From Candidatus Cloacimonadales bacterium (GTDB taxonomy: Bacteria > Cloacimonadota > Cloacimonadia > Cloacimonadales > JAFGVF01): a DNA stretch of 64,000 nt. Below the pieces are notes generated by a model. That model did not search any database. It saw only the letters and a program-made list of their open reading frames with translations, and was not told the origin of the DNA. The stretch covers positions 1,920,001-1,984,000 of the forward strand of contig OY762964.1 in NCBI GenBank assembly GCA_963667035.1, in the 5' to 3' direction. Positions 32,461 through 44,794 of this stretch are shown here, in pieces. Numbering within the stretch: position 1 is the first letter of the stretch; each line of letters begins with the position of its first letter. A program made the position numbers and the translations under genes.

Positions 32461-34848
32461 TTAGAACCTTTGTGAGATATAAAGATTCCAGTTTAATTCA
32501 CTGTAATCCATATCATCGAAAGTATCATTTGTATAGTTCTTTAATCTAATGTTTGTGGAAATTCTGGTTTTAGCCCAAGGCTTATATCTTGCTCCGAAAT
32601 TAAGATAAGTGAATGCCTGCTCTTCATCACCTGAGAGCATTACATACTTCATATCAGTGTAAGGTATAAGTTTGTTATCAAAGAGACCGTACTCACCCCT
32701 AACACCGACAGAGTTACTTCCTGTATCGGAACTATTATCAAGAATAACACTCTCAGAGTTTGACCAACTGTAATAAAACTTGGTTGTTAGTGGCATAGTA
32801 GAGAACTTATTTAACATTGTAAAGTTGATATTGTTAAGAGTAATCCCATAATCATCATTTAACTCATCAGTATTCTTACTGTTAGAATAAGTCACATTAA
32901 AATGAGTTGGGGCATAAGTAAAATTCTTTAAGTAATAGTTTACACCTGCACTCATGTTTGTAGTCTTCTGATTGAACTGTTCAACCTTAGTCTCATCAAC
33001 TTCTCCAATATTAGTTGAAGAATCAAAGCTTAGATTAACTGACGTGACATCATAGTATTGGTATAATAACTGACCAAAGTATCTTTCATAAGTAGTTGTA
33101 GTTGACTTTTGCTCTGATAGGTTATCCTGATTCTGATTGTAACCACCAAAAAGATGTACAACATCAAGGATATTGATTTTATCGCTTACCGTAAGCTTAG
33201 AAACATCATTCTGTAGTCCACTTGTGGAAAGTGAGTTAAAACCTGAGCCAATCTCTTCATATTCCAAATTAATATCATTTAAGAGAAGATAAGGACGTAG
33301 AAAAGCCTTCCAAGCTACACTTGACATTCCTGGCTTATATGGTTGCATATTCTCATTAATTATGAAAATATCGTCATAAGTCTCGGGATTGATATCGAAC
33401 TCAAATCCCATAACATCTATAGAATCGAAATCAAATCTTTCTTCCATATCTTCCAGAGTAAAGGCACCATCTGTTATATTACTGTTGTAGAAACTCATTG
33501 CAACTTCCGCACCAAGACTAGACTTCTGCTCCGGTAGTGTAATCACTAAATCCGTACCTAAGACAAGATTATCTTCAGGAAAGACTGTCTGAGTAGTATC
33601 CGTTATAGTGTAAAAATTGAAGTGCTCATCTTTGAGAGAATTAACATCATCTCGAGTTTGTGACATGTGAATACCCCAAACAAAATTAGTGTGTTCACTT
33701 CTACTTGCACCCATCTCCATTCTTAAAGCGGTAATATCTCTGGCAAATGTACTGCTTTTATTCATTTCATCTTTAATAGCTCTTCTGTTTTCTCCTGTAG
33801 AATACATGATCTTGACAAAGTGGTAATCTAACTCGGTGTGAAAACCATAAACATTACTGTTATTCATGTTATAACTTGAGAAATTGGGAGTATAATCACC
33901 AAATATTACTCTTAAGAATGGGATTTCCATATCAAATCTGATTCTGTTATAGCGTTGAGTATATTCATTCTGCTTAGAGTCACGATACATGTTACCTCTA
34001 AAATCGTACCAGAAGCCTTTTCTATGAGCATTCTTAGAACGTGAATACAGGTTTAAGTTGAAAGTGGCATCGTTATCTTTGTTCGCAAGGTTAGAGTTAT
34101 CATCACTTGTAACGGAGAATACATTGGATTTGAAAGTGGCATCACCTGTTATTGATAAAGGTAGCTCAAAACTCTTTTTATCCGATATAACTTTAGTAGT
34201 ATGCTTACCTGACAGCAATAGAGTACCGTTATTATTTCTAACCTGCATCTCTGCTGTATGCATCCCGGGCTTTACATTTGGAAGTACAAGAACCATCATG
34301 TTATCTGTAGCAGTAGCTTTGGAAGTAAAATCCTTACCGTCAAAAATAACCTTAATAGTCTCTAAATTAAGCTCATCCTGTACTGAGAAGTATGAAACTG
34401 AAAATACATAATCCTCTTCTGCATCGATCTCAGTTTCAGGACTAAGAATCAAAAGCTCTTTTGACGCATTGTAACTCATTTTACCTACTGGATAGGGATG
34501 ATCGGAAGGCATAAACTTTGGCAAAGACACCATCATCTTGTTTTTAGTTTCTACCTCAAAGTAGAACTCTAGTCCTGTATCCTGAAAAGCATTTAGAGGT
34601 AACTCTGCTGTATAATCAGTATCAGCTCCTTCATCTCTATCTGCTGCAATCATCGTGTAGCTTGTCTTTCCTATTGCTCTGTAATAGAAGAAAGCATAAT
34701 CTATATCTTCTATATCCTGCATTATGGAAACACTCACTTGAACATTTCCGTTATCTAAATCCGTTATCCTTGGCTCATCAAAGATGATAACATCAGAGAA
34801 CAATTGAAGTGTAAGTACTAAGAGAACAAATATAACTATTCTTTTCAT
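32461..34848 (-). CDS. Putative outer-membrane beta-barrel protein with N-terminal Ig-like domains
   Basis: Signal peptide, alternating beta-strand pattern, terminal YISQRF (aromatic C-terminal Phe). Confidence 0.6.
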   Translation of the reverse strand: MKRIVIFVLLVLTLQLFSDVIIFDEPRITDLDNGNVQVSVSIMQDIEDIDYAFFYYRAIGKTSYTMIAADRDEGADTDYTAELPLNAFQDTGLEFYFEVETKNKMMVSLPKFMPSDHPYPVGKMSYNASKELLILSPETEIDAEEDYVFSVSYFSVQDELNLETIKVIFDGKDFTSKATATDNMMVLVLPNVKPGMHTAEMQVRNNNGTLLLSGKHTTKVISDKKSFELPLSITGDATFKSNVFSVTSDDNSNLANKDNDATFNLNLYSRSKNAHRKGFWYDFRGNMYRDSKQNEYTQRYNRIRFDMEIPFLRVIFGDYTPNFSSYNMNNSNVYGFHTELDYHFVKIMYSTGENRRAIKDEMNKSSTFARDITALRMEMGASRSEHTNFVWGIHMSQTRDDVNSLKDEHFNFYTITDTTQTVFPEDNLVLGTDLVITLPEQKSSLGAEVAMSFYNSNITDGAFTLEDMEERFDFDSIDVMGFEFDINPETYDDIFIINENMQPYKPGMSSVAWKAFLRPYLLLNDINLEYEEIGSGFNSLSTSGLQNDVSKLTVSDKINILDVVHLFGGYNQNQDNLSEQKSTTTTYERYFGQLLYQYYDVTSVNLSFDSSTNIGEVDETKVEQFNQKTTNMSAGVNYYLKNFTYAPTHFNVTYSNSKNTDELNDDYGITLNNINFTMLNKFSTMPLTTKFYYSWSNSESVILDNSSDTGSNSVGVRGEYGLFDNKLIPYTDMKYVMLSGDEEQAFTYLNFGARYKPWAKTRISTNIRLKNYTNDTFDDMDYSELNWNLYISQRF

Positions 34849-34851
34849 ATC

Positions 34852-35532
34852 TTACTCCTCAATCTCAAGTTCAATATACCTAATATTGCCTTCTGCATCA
34901 CGAAGCGGAACTTTAATCTTCTGAGTTCCCTCAATATCACCTTTAATGTAATCCATAATCTCAGCATTTAACTTAGGAGTAGGACCAATGTTAACCTCGC
35001 CATCCGAACGTGACTCTGCTGTATTACCGGGTTCCAGATTAAACTTCTTACCGGTAATTGTATTTTGGATTTCAAGCAATCCCTTAAACATGTGAATCCA
35101 AGTTGTTCCTTCCGGATCAATAATAGTCAGAAATGAAGTTCCTTTAACAGAAGCTACCGTATTGCTAGTTTCCAGCCTGTATTGATCCTTCATGTGACTA
35201 TTTATTTTTGAGAATACCTGACCGGCTTCAAGTTTAACTTTCTTTGAAAGTAATTCTCCGTTTCTTGTTCCATTGATTGTTACAATACTCCAAGGGAATA
35301 CTTTAACCAATGAGCCATTATCAGTGTACTTTACTGCTGCATAAGATTTACCACCTGTAGATAACTTATCATTATTAACAAGTAGCCCACCTTTTTTAAC
35401 CGTTGTCTCCTCCTGTTGCTCTCTTTGCAATGTAACGTCACCTTTAGCTTGAAACAATAATGCAACAGGATTCTCTGCAAACAGGAAAGTCATAGTTATC
35501 AGTATAAATGTTATAATATATATCTTTTTCAT
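34852..35532 (-). CDS. FecR-domain periplasmic protein
   Basis: Signal peptide; DKLSTGGKSYA, LETSNTVASVKGTSF FecR motifs. Confidence 0.85.
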   Translation of the reverse strand: MKKIYIITFILITMTFLFAENPVALLFQAKGDVTLQREQQEETTVKKGGLLVNNDKLSTGGKSYAAVKYTDNGSLVKVFPWSIVTINGTRNGELLSKKVKLEAGQVFSKINSHMKDQYRLETSNTVASVKGTSFLTIIDPEGTTWIHMFKGLLEIQNTITGKKFNLEPGNTAESRSDGEVNIGPTPKLNAEIMDYIKGDIEGTQKIKVPLRDAEGNIRYIELEIEE

Positions 35533-35540
35533 GCTTCCCC

Positions 35541-36635
35541 CTATTCCTCAATACTTACTGTAACAGGTTTTCTGATAAATTCTCTTAGTTTTTCAACTGC
35601 AGCCTTTCCAGAAAGCCAGTTCTCGTCTGTTACTACCTGTTGGGTAGGTATCATTCCATCTTCAAGAAGTGCATTAATCTCAGCATTATTGAGTAATTTA
35701 AGTAATTCGACAATCTTAACACTTATCTGATTTGCCTCAGAGGAAGTATCTTCAACATACCTGAAAACATTATAGTCACTTTCAAGTGCTAGTTCATGAT
35801 TGTTTGAAGAGCTTTCTGTTACTAGTCCGGTAGAGACTTTCCAAGCATAATAATAACCATCGGTAAAAGGTAAGAACATTGCAAATGAGTTTGATGTTAA
35901 TCCTTCCGCTTCATAGAACATTCTTCCTGCACTATCCAAATTTCTTGATGTTAACTCATCCTTTGCTTCAAACTCTTTTATTACAATAGAGAAATCATTT
36001 AATCCTACCAGATTAGTTTGCCAACTATAGAGAACTGTATTATTGCTTACATCAGGAATCATCCTTCCCTGCGGATTACCGGGCTGATTGAGAAATATAG
36101 CATTTGAATTGGTGACATTGAAAGTAAAGGTTGCAGGAGAACCCAATGAGATATTGTTATTACTATAATCTATAGCCTCTAAGGTAATAATAAAGGTACC
36201 ATCCGGTAATAAACCTGTATTCAATATAACGTCTTCAAATGTAGGAGCAATATCAAATATGTGGTCCAAAGAAAGAGATTCTTTTGCCTCTTTAAACCAA
36301 ATAGAACCATCACTATCAAGTATATCTCTGTTTGTTATTGAAATGGAATTCATCTCAAAAGTCTGATCTTTAGCATCCATGACAGAACTATACAATTCAA
36401 GCCCGTCCCAAGTAAAAGATAAACTTAGAGCAAATTCTCCCAAACTCTCTCCCGGTATATCATTACTGATTGTACCACTAAACAGTATGGGTTGCCCTTC
36501 AGGAACTTCCGGATCTAACTGCCCTATATTGAAGCGATTATAATCCATACTATTTGGAGATATATTAATATTGATCGAAGCAATCAAACCCATTGCTACT
36601 GCTAAACCTATAAAAATAAGCAATATTCTTTTCAT
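35541..36635 (-). CDS. Hypothetical secreted protein (Fn3/Ig-like)
   Basis: Signal peptide; LLPDGTF and YYYAWKV beta-sandwich motifs; translationally coupled to ddl. Confidence 0.6.
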   Translation of the reverse strand: MKRILLIFIGLAVAMGLIASININISPNSMDYNRFNIGQLDPEVPEGQPILFSGTISNDIPGESLGEFALSLSFTWDGLELYSSVMDAKDQTFEMNSISITNRDILDSDGSIWFKEAKESLSLDHIFDIAPTFEDVILNTGLLPDGTFIITLEAIDYSNNNISLGSPATFTFNVTNSNAIFLNQPGNPQGRMIPDVSNNTVLYSWQTNLVGLNDFSIVIKEFEAKDELTSRNLDSAGRMFYEAEGLTSNSFAMFLPFTDGYYYAWKVSTGLVTESSSNNHELALESDYNVFRYVEDTSSEANQISVKIVELLKLLNNAEINALLEDGMIPTQQVVTDENWLSGKAAVEKLREFIRKPVTVSIEE

Positions 36636-37555
36636 TATTCCCCCTTTAGTCCGAAGTCAATAATTGTCTTCAGAAGGTCTTTAAAATCTATCCCGTCAGC
36701 CTTTACAGACATCGGAGTCAAGCTTAATTCCGTCATTCCAGGAAGTGTATTTACTTCCAGTAGATAGAATTTATTTCCGTCATATCTGAAATCTATTCTC
36801 GCATATCCCTTACAATAGCATCGCTTGAATAGTTTTTCAGCATAAGATTGTATAACTTCAACTTCCTGCTCTTCCAGTTCAGCCGGAGCAATATACTCTG
36901 TATTACCGGAAGTATACTTATTCTTGTAATCATACCAACCCTGCTTAGGCTTAATCTCCACAACAGGTTTGGCTTCGCCTCCTATTATTGTAACAGTTAA
37001 TTCTCTTCCCGGAATAAACTGTTCTATCAAAACATTATCATCATACTTGAATGCTTCGGTTATTGCTTGAGAAATGTCATTCTTAGAGTTAACCAGAGAT
37101 ATACCTACTGACGAACCTGCTGAGTTCGGCTTAACAATCAATGGACAGCCTATCTCCTCAATCTCTACATCTTCTATAGTATCCCCTTTCTGCAAGAGAA
37201 TATCTTTTGCAATAGGTAAACCGCAGTCTTTTGCAATCAACTTGGTAAGATGCTTATCCATAGTAATCATGCAAGCATTGGATGGACTACCGGTAAACTT
37301 AAATCCGGTCATTTCAAGAATGGCTTGAATCTTTCCATTCTCTCCAACTCCTCCGTGCAACCCGTTAAATATGATATCTGGATTTAAATCTTTAAGAATA
37401 GCTATAAAATCTTCTATGTGCTGATATTCAGAGGTATCAATTGACTCTACATCATACCCGTCTTTGGTTAGCCGGCTAGCTATATTCCTTGCTGAAATCA
37501 GCGATATTTCTCGTTCAGGAGAGTCTCCTCCTGACAAAACAACAATTTTATTCAT
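36635..37555 (-). CDS. ddl: D-alanine--D-alanine ligase
   Basis: GGDSPEREIS, LHGGVGENG, GSSVG, YDYKNKY, EVNTLPG. Confidence 0.96.
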   Translation of the reverse strand: MNKIVVLSGGDSPEREISLISARNIASRLTKDGYDVESIDTSEYQHIEDFIAILKDLNPDIIFNGLHGGVGENGKIQAILEMTGFKFTGSPSNACMITMDKHLTKLIAKDCGLPIAKDILLQKGDTIEDVEIEEIGCPLIVKPNSAGSSVGISLVNSKNDISQAITEAFKYDDNVLIEQFIPGRELTVTIIGGEAKPVVEIKPKQGWYDYKNKYTSGNTEYIAPAELEEQEVEVIQSYAEKLFKRCYCKGYARIDFRYDGNKFYLLEVNTLPGMTELSLTPMSVKADGIDFKDLLKTIIDFGLKGE

Positions 37556-37650
37556 ATAACACCTCTATATAAGTTTATAATCGGTAGAGAGATGTCAAGC
37601 AAAATGTATTTGCTTTGTTTATCGGTTTATAATGGGTTGATATAAATGCC

Positions 37651-37676
37651 AAAAGGGCACGGTAACGTGCCCCTAC
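37651..37676 (-). terminator. Hairpin terminator / GTAG-type REP downstream of the stnC-like gene
   Basis: AGGGCACG-GTAA-CGTGCCCT; minus strand begins GTAG and ends in TTTT. Confidence 0.55.
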
Positions 37677-37696
37677 TATGTATATGACCAAATATT

Positions 37697-40600
37697 TTAA
37701 GGTTTCAACTTCTTGATTGCTTTCTTATTTAGTACTGTAATCGGTTTTGCCGATTCATCTTCCCATTTGTATGACAGTATCAATTCATTAAGCTGATTCT
37801 TGTCAAATCCATGAGTACATCCGGTACAAATACCTTTTCCCATACGAGCTAGTTCAACCCAATAATCAACACTATTCTCTTCATCTTTTAACCATCCGGC
37901 TTGATGGAAGATATTGAGCATATCAGTCATCTTATTAGATTTCTTCACATTATGGAATACTGTCTTTCTGAATCCGTCTGCATAAGCAGAACCTTCCATT
38001 TCGAGATAGGTAGGTCTTGGTATAGCAACGTCAACATTATCGGGCTGGAATTGATTAATCGCAAGAGTAAACCCATTATCAACCTGAGGTGTTTCACCGT
38101 AGTATATAGCAAAATCTACTTTACTCTCGGAAACCGGTTTAACATCATTATACCTCATTCCTAGAGTATTTGAGAAGTTAGATGTTACCATTACACCTGA
38201 ACCTTTCGAGAAATCACAAATGGTTTTTGCTAATTTCCAGGTTAGTTTTGCAACTTTCTCAGAGACGTTGTCTCGATTGTATATAACAACCATCTTCTGA
38301 TTAAAGTCTATACAATTAGGTTCACACTTAGGTTTGTTCTCATAACAATCAAGTGTATGTTCAAGAGCGGTTTTAGGATTATACTTGGCATAGAAATCAA
38401 CCAATTTTGTGAATCCGATCTCTTCCTCATTAATCCAATATAGTTTCTTGCCTTTTAACTGTAAGTTTCTGAGTACACTTCTAAGCGAAAGGTTTATATC
38501 ACCGACAACATAAAAAGCATCAGTCTCCAGTAAGTCACTATATTGCTTAATAAAGCCTGCAGGGATCTCATCGGATATATCATTACATAATGAGAGTGAA
38601 CCTATTTCAGCTCCTATCCTGCTTGCGATAGTCTGAGTTAACGCTAACTCTTCCAGAGTAGCATCCGGAGAGACATAGAGCATTTTACTCTTTGCCGAAG
38701 AGCTTTTCTCTTGAAGCATTTGAGCAGTGAACGCAGGAATAGTCTCTTTGTTTTTATAAAGAGCAGTCTTCAAGCTATCATCAGCATCATAAGCCTGCCA
38801 ACCGAATCTACCGGCAAAGCAAATGTTTCTCAGATTATCTCCCTGTTCTTCAGGAGTCTCAATAAACTTTATCTTACCATCATAAGACTTAACGTTTATC
38901 TTACAGCCATTACCGCAAGAGCCACAGTTTTGAATAGTTTCCTCTGCTCCCTTAGGATTCATCTTATAATTTATATTCTTAGGAAGTAATGCTCCGACAG
39001 GACAGACTTCAATACATTTTCCGCATGTCTCACAGCTTGTCTCGGATAAGTCACCGCCGAATTCAGGAGCAACATAGGTTGGGAATCCTCTATAGATAAA
39101 TCCAAGCACTCCGGCTCCCTGAATCTCGGCACATACTCTTACGCAACGTCCGCATTTAACACATTTATTTGCATCATGTAGAATAAACGGATGTGTTGAC
39201 TCTACCGGATGCTTATTGCGACTTCCTGCGTATGCATAAGCATCAACACCATATTCAGTAGCATAGCGTCTTAAATCACATGTTTCATTAACCTGACATC
39301 CGCATTCAAGACAACGTTCAGCTTCTTTTATTCCGGATTCTCGTTCATAATCGAACTCAACCTCATTAAAAGTTGATACTCTTTCGTTTACAGGAAGTTC
39401 AGGCATTTTAACTTTATCTTTTTTCTCGAACTGCTCGAAATATTCAGGTTCAATGTCTTTTAATTTCTTCTCTTTCTTCGAATCAAATTGAACTACAGGA
39501 GCCATCATCTGACCTTGAAGGAAATTATCTATAGCATTGGCAGCTTTCTTACCATCAGCAATAGCTTCAACCGCAGTTGCAGGTCCTCGCTGGAAATCAC
39601 CGCCTGCAAAGATATTCTCAACACCCCAATACATTGTAACTTCATCTACAACAGCCGTTGACCACTTGGATACAGGCAACTGTTTGCCATTAATATAATT
39701 ATCTTCTTCACCGAGGAATGTAATCTCAGGGGCTTGAGAAACTGCCGCTATGATAGAATCAAACTGCACATCGAAAAATTCACCGGACGCTTGAGGTCTT
39801 CTTCTTCCACTGGCATCAGGTTCTCCAAGAACCATTTTCTCAAGCTTCACAGTCTCTAATCTACCATCTTTATTAGGAAGCAGTTTGGCAGGATTAGTTA
39901 AGAAAAGGAATTTTACTCCCTCTTCCTCTGCCGCATCAATTTCATATGATTCAGCAGGCATCTCATTACGAGTTCGTCTGTATATCAGAGTAGTATCGCA
40001 ACCAAGCCTTACGGCTGTTCTAGCACAATCTATCGCTGTATTTCCTCCACCGACTATAGCACATTTTTTACCTAAATCAGTCTTTTTACCTTTTACAGTA
40101 GCTTTAAGGAAATCAACTCCAAGATGTACTCCCTCAATATTCGAACCTTCAGTTCTGAGAGGGACAGCATTCAAAGCACCAAGTGCCATATAGACAGCAT
40201 CATATTCCTTTGCCAGTTCTGGTAATTTTATATCTCTACCGACAAATGTATTATACTGAATCTCCATTCCATTGGCACACATTAAATCTATTTCTTTCTG
40301 AAGAATCTCTTTAGGTAACCGATACTCGGGAATACCATATCTAAGCCAACCTCCGGCTTTATCTTCAGCTTCAAAGACTTTTACATCATAACCACGATTT
40401 GAGAGATAATATCCGGCAGATAAACCGGATGGTCCGCTACCAATGATAGCAACTTTCTTACCTTTAGACGGTGCTTTCTCAGGAACAAACGGATTCTCCA
40501 AATCAATATCTGCAGCATGACGCTTAAGCTGTCTGATAGCTATCGATTCATCGACAACCGACCTACGACACTCTTGCTCACAGAAAGCAGGACATACACG

Positions 40601-41029
40601 ACCTATTGACAATGGCATCGGTAAGTTTTCTTTTATTACTTTCACAGCTTCCGTATACTGCCCGTTTGCAATTAAAGAGACATAAGTCTGAACATCAACT
40701 CCGGCAGGACAAGCCACTTTACATGGGGCTTCACAATCTGCATAGTGATCGGAGAGAAGAAGCTCAAGAGCTGTTTTCCTCGCATCCATTACATCAGAAG
40801 AATTAGTTTCAATCTCCATACCTTCATAGATGTTAGTTCCGCAAGCAGTAACAAATCCGGGACGTCCTACCAGTTTTACTGCACACACCCAGCAAGAGCC
40901 AAAAGGTTTCAGTTCTTCATCATGACAAAGAGTAGGAACTTCAATTCCATGCTCATTACATACTGCAAGTATTGTCTTAGTACAATCTACCTGTATCTTT
41001 TTACCGTTTAATGTAATATTTATCATCAT
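37697..41029 (-). CDS. StnC/Nfn-BfuA-like subunit: NuoG/HydA-type FeS N-terminus + GltD/NfnB-like FAD-NADP domain + degenerate molybdopterin-oxidoreductase domain
   Basis: PTLC...CWVC 2Fe-2S; APCKVACP, GRVCPAFCE, IGSGPSG, GGGNTAIDCAR, YRRT; EAERCLECGC; CVKCGRC/CETCGKC; CGSCGNGC. Confidence 0.8.
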   Translation of the reverse strand: MMINITLNGKKIQVDCTKTILAVCNEHGIEVPTLCHDEELKPFGSCWVCAVKLVGRPGFVTACGTNIYEGMEIETNSSDVMDARKTALELLLSDHYADCEAPCKVACPAGVDVQTYVSLIANGQYTEAVKVIKENLPMPLSIGRVCPAFCEQECRRSVVDESIAIRQLKRHAADIDLENPFVPEKAPSKGKKVAIIGSGPSGLSAGYYLSNRGYDVKVFEAEDKAGGWLRYGIPEYRLPKEILQKEIDLMCANGMEIQYNTFVGRDIKLPELAKEYDAVYMALGALNAVPLRTEGSNIEGVHLGVDFLKATVKGKKTDLGKKCAIVGGGNTAIDCARTAVRLGCDTTLIYRRTRNEMPAESYEIDAAEEEGVKFLFLTNPAKLLPNKDGRLETVKLEKMVLGEPDASGRRRPQASGEFFDVQFDSIIAAVSQAPEITFLGEEDNYINGKQLPVSKWSTAVVDEVTMYWGVENIFAGGDFQRGPATAVEAIADGKKAANAIDNFLQGQMMAPVVQFDSKKEKKLKDIEPEYFEQFEKKDKVKMPELPVNERVSTFNEVEFDYERESGIKEAERCLECGCQVNETCDLRRYATEYGVDAYAYAGSRNKHPVESTHPFILHDANKCVKCGRCVRVCAEIQGAGVLGFIYRGFPTYVAPEFGGDLSETSCETCGKCIEVCPVGALLPKNINYKMNPKGAEETIQNCGSCGNGCKINVKSYDGKIKFIETPEEQGDNLRNICFAGRFGWQAYDADDSLKTALYKNKETIPAFTAQMLQEKSSSAKSKMLYVSPDATLEELALTQTIASRIGAEIGSLSLCNDISDEIPAGFIKQYSDLLETDAFYVVGDINLSLRSVLRNLQLKGKKLYWINEEEIGFTKLVDFYAKYNPKTALEHTLDCYENKPKCEPNCIDFNQKMVVIYNRDNVSEKVAKLTWKLAKTICDFSKGSGVMVTSNFSNTLGMRYNDVKPVSESKVDFAIYYGETPQVDNGFTLAINQFQPDNVDVAIPRPTYLEMEGSAYADGFRKTVFHNVKKSNKMTDMLNIFHQAGWLKDEENSVDYWVELARMGKGICTGCTHGFDKNQLNELILSYKWEDESAKPITVLNKKAIKKLKP

Positions 41030-41038
41030 GCAACCCCT

Positions 41039-42808
41039 TTACACCTTTGATATTGCTTGGAAACGACAAGCATCGTAACAAGCTCCACATTTAATACATT
41101 TATCCTGGTCAATAACGTGTGGCTGTTTCACGGAACCACTTATTGCATCTGTAGGACATTTTCTGGCACAGGCGGTACAGCCTACGCATTTATCCGTAAT
41201 AACTTCATATTTGAGTAGAGCCGTGCAAACGCCTGCCGGACATCTCTTTTCTTTAATATGAGCTTCATATTCGTGTCTAAAATATTTAATTGTTGTAAGT
41301 ACAGGATTAGGAGCACTTTTACCCAATCCGCAAAGAGATGTGTTGATAATCTTATGTGAAAGCTCAAGAAGCTTATCAATATCTTCCATCTCACCTTTAC
41401 CTTCCGTAATACGGGTTAGAATCTCAAGCATTCGCTTGGTTCCAACTCTACAGAAAGTACATTTACCACATGATTCGTTCTGTGTGAAGTTTAGGAAAAA
41501 TCTTGCAATATCAACCATACAGGTTGAAGTATCCATCACAACCATACCACCCGAGCCCATGATTGCTCCGGTCTTGGTAATAGATTCGTAGTCAATGTGA
41601 GTATCAATCAATTCGGCAGGAATACATCCGCCTGAAGGTCCGCCAAGCTGAACTGCTTTGAATGGTTTCTCTTCCTTCATTCCACCACCGACTTTATAAA
41701 TAACGTCTCTAATTGTTAATCCCATCGGTACTTCTATGAGTCCGCTATTTCTGATTTTCCCCGCAAGAGCAAAGACTTTGGTTCCTTTACTTTTCTCAGT
41801 ACCGAATTTAGCATACTCCTCTGCTCCGTTGTATATAATCCAAGGTATGTTGGCATAGGTCTCAACGTTATTATTGTTGGTTGGTTTCTTCCATAGTCCC
41901 GATTGAGCCGGGAATGGCGGTCTTAAGCGAGGCATCCCTCGTTCACCTTCAATAGAAGCAATAAGAGCAGTTTCTTCACCGCAAACAAAGGCACCTGCAC
42001 CTTCCTTAACATGAAGGTCAAAGGAGAAGTCGGTTCCTAGAATATTATTACCTAAATACCCTTTTTCTTCCGCATCTTTTATAGCTTTCTTTAAGTGTTT
42101 AACTGCTAGCGGATATTCAGCACGACAGTATATATAGCCTTCATCCGCACCTATAGTATAAGCACAAATTGCCATGCCTTCAAGAATACTGTGTGGATCA
42201 CCTTCAAGCACAGAGCGATCCATGAAAGCTCCCGGATCACCTTCATCGGCATTACAGATCACATACTTCTTCTTATTCTTTGCATCATAGGCAAACTGCC
42301 ATTTCATACCGGTACTGAATCCGGCACCACCTCTACCTCGAAGACCTGATTTCTTAATCTCATCAATAACCTCGGTAGCTTTCATCTCTTTGATTACTTT
42401 TTCGAGAGCTTTATAACCGCTATTAGCAAGATAATAATTAAGATTCTCAGGGTCAATCACACCGCAGTTTCTAAGGACGATGCGTTCTTGTGCCTGATAA
42501 GTAGCGTTTTCCGCACATTCGTAGTCCTGAGATATGATTGCTTTTTGCAGAAGAGGTTTTCCTTCCAGAATACCTTCTATTATTTCGGGCATATCTTTAG
42601 GTTCAAGATAACCGTAAGTTATGCTCTGATTGTTTCCATATTTAAATTCGACTACCGGTTCGGCAAAACACATTCCGATACATCCGGTTTTCTCCAACAC
42701 GGCATCATAATTGTTCTTTTTAATCAGGGTCTCGACTTCCTGATATATATCCCCGGCACCGGCTGCAAGTCCGCAACTGGCAACTCCCACTTTAATTGTA
42801 ATAGCCAT
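41039..42808 (-). CDS. NuoF/HydB-like (StnB/BfuB) NADH-FMN subunit
   Basis: SGLRGRGGAGF, CNADEGDPGAFMDR, GAGAFVCGEET, ESCGKCTFCRVG, C-terminal 2x4Fe-4S. Confidence 0.93.
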   Translation of the reverse strand: MAITIKVGVASCGLAAGAGDIYQEVETLIKKNNYDAVLEKTGCIGMCFAEPVVEFKYGNNQSITYGYLEPKDMPEIIEGILEGKPLLQKAIISQDYECAENATYQAQERIVLRNCGVIDPENLNYYLANSGYKALEKVIKEMKATEVIDEIKKSGLRGRGGAGFSTGMKWQFAYDAKNKKKYVICNADEGDPGAFMDRSVLEGDPHSILEGMAICAYTIGADEGYIYCRAEYPLAVKHLKKAIKDAEEKGYLGNNILGTDFSFDLHVKEGAGAFVCGEETALIASIEGERGMPRLRPPFPAQSGLWKKPTNNNNVETYANIPWIIYNGAEEYAKFGTEKSKGTKVFALAGKIRNSGLIEVPMGLTIRDVIYKVGGGMKEEKPFKAVQLGGPSGGCIPAELIDTHIDYESITKTGAIMGSGGMVVMDTSTCMVDIARFFLNFTQNESCGKCTFCRVGTKRMLEILTRITEGKGEMEDIDKLLELSHKIINTSLCGLGKSAPNPVLTTIKYFRHEYEAHIKEKRCPAGVCTALLKYEVITDKCVGCTACARKCPTDAISGSVKQPHVIDQDKCIKCGACYDACRFQAISKV

Positions 42809-42816
42809 GCATCCCC

Positions 42817-43278
42817 CTATTCGTATTTATTTAGAATGCCGGCAATACTATCTGCTGTTAGCTTACCATGAGTGTTGTCATCAACCATGACTACCGGTGC
42901 AAGACTGCAACAACCTAGACAGGCAACTTCCATTAATGTAAAGCGACCGTCCTCAGTTGTATCTTCCATATCCGAAAGCTTAAGTTGATTCCTGATTGCT
43001 TTATATAGAGCTGTTGCACCCGACACATGACATGCAGTACCTTTACATACTCTGATTATGTGTCTGCCTTGTGGTCTGAGTCTGAACATTGAATAGAATG
43101 TTGCCACACCATACATCTCTGCGATTCTAATTCCGGATTTGTCCGAAACATACCTCATTGTTTCCTTACTTAAGTAACCTTCCAGTTCCTGTACTTCTTG
43201 TAACAGCGGGATGGTTACGCCCTTTCTACCTTCAAACTTCTTCAAAATTGCATCGATTTTTTCAGTGTTATTGAGCAT
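42817..43278 (-). CDS. NuoE/HydC-like (StnA/BfuC) 2Fe-2S subunit
   Basis: VATFYSMF, VCKGTACH, ACLGCCSLAP. Confidence 0.93.
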   Translation of the reverse strand: MLNNTEKIDAILKKFEGRKGVTIPLLQEVQELEGYLSKETMRYVSDKSGIRIAEMYGVATFYSMFRLRPQGRHIIRVCKGTACHVSGATALYKAIRNQLKLSDMEDTTEDGRFTLMEVACLGCCSLAPVVMVDDNTHGKLTADSIAGILNKYE

Positions 43279-43346
43279 TTGGCCATACCTTAATCATATT
43301 TTTGTATAGTTTAAGAATTGGGTTGTATTATGAATTTGATGTCAAT

Positions 43347-43379
43347 AAAAAAAAGGCAGGCAAACAATGTTTACCTGCC
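43347..43379 (-). terminator. Intrinsic terminator of gdhA
   Basis: GGCAGGCAAACA-A-TGTTTACCTGCC hairpin followed by U8 on the minus strand. Confidence 0.75.
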
Positions 43380-43390
43380 AAATCATCAAT

Positions 43391-44794
<1,404 letters not shown>

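Noticed and set aside
37697..43278. [FeFe]-hydrogenase or respiratory complex I
   Set aside because: No H-cluster motifs and no membrane nuo subunits; the large subunit has a GltD-like domain instead.
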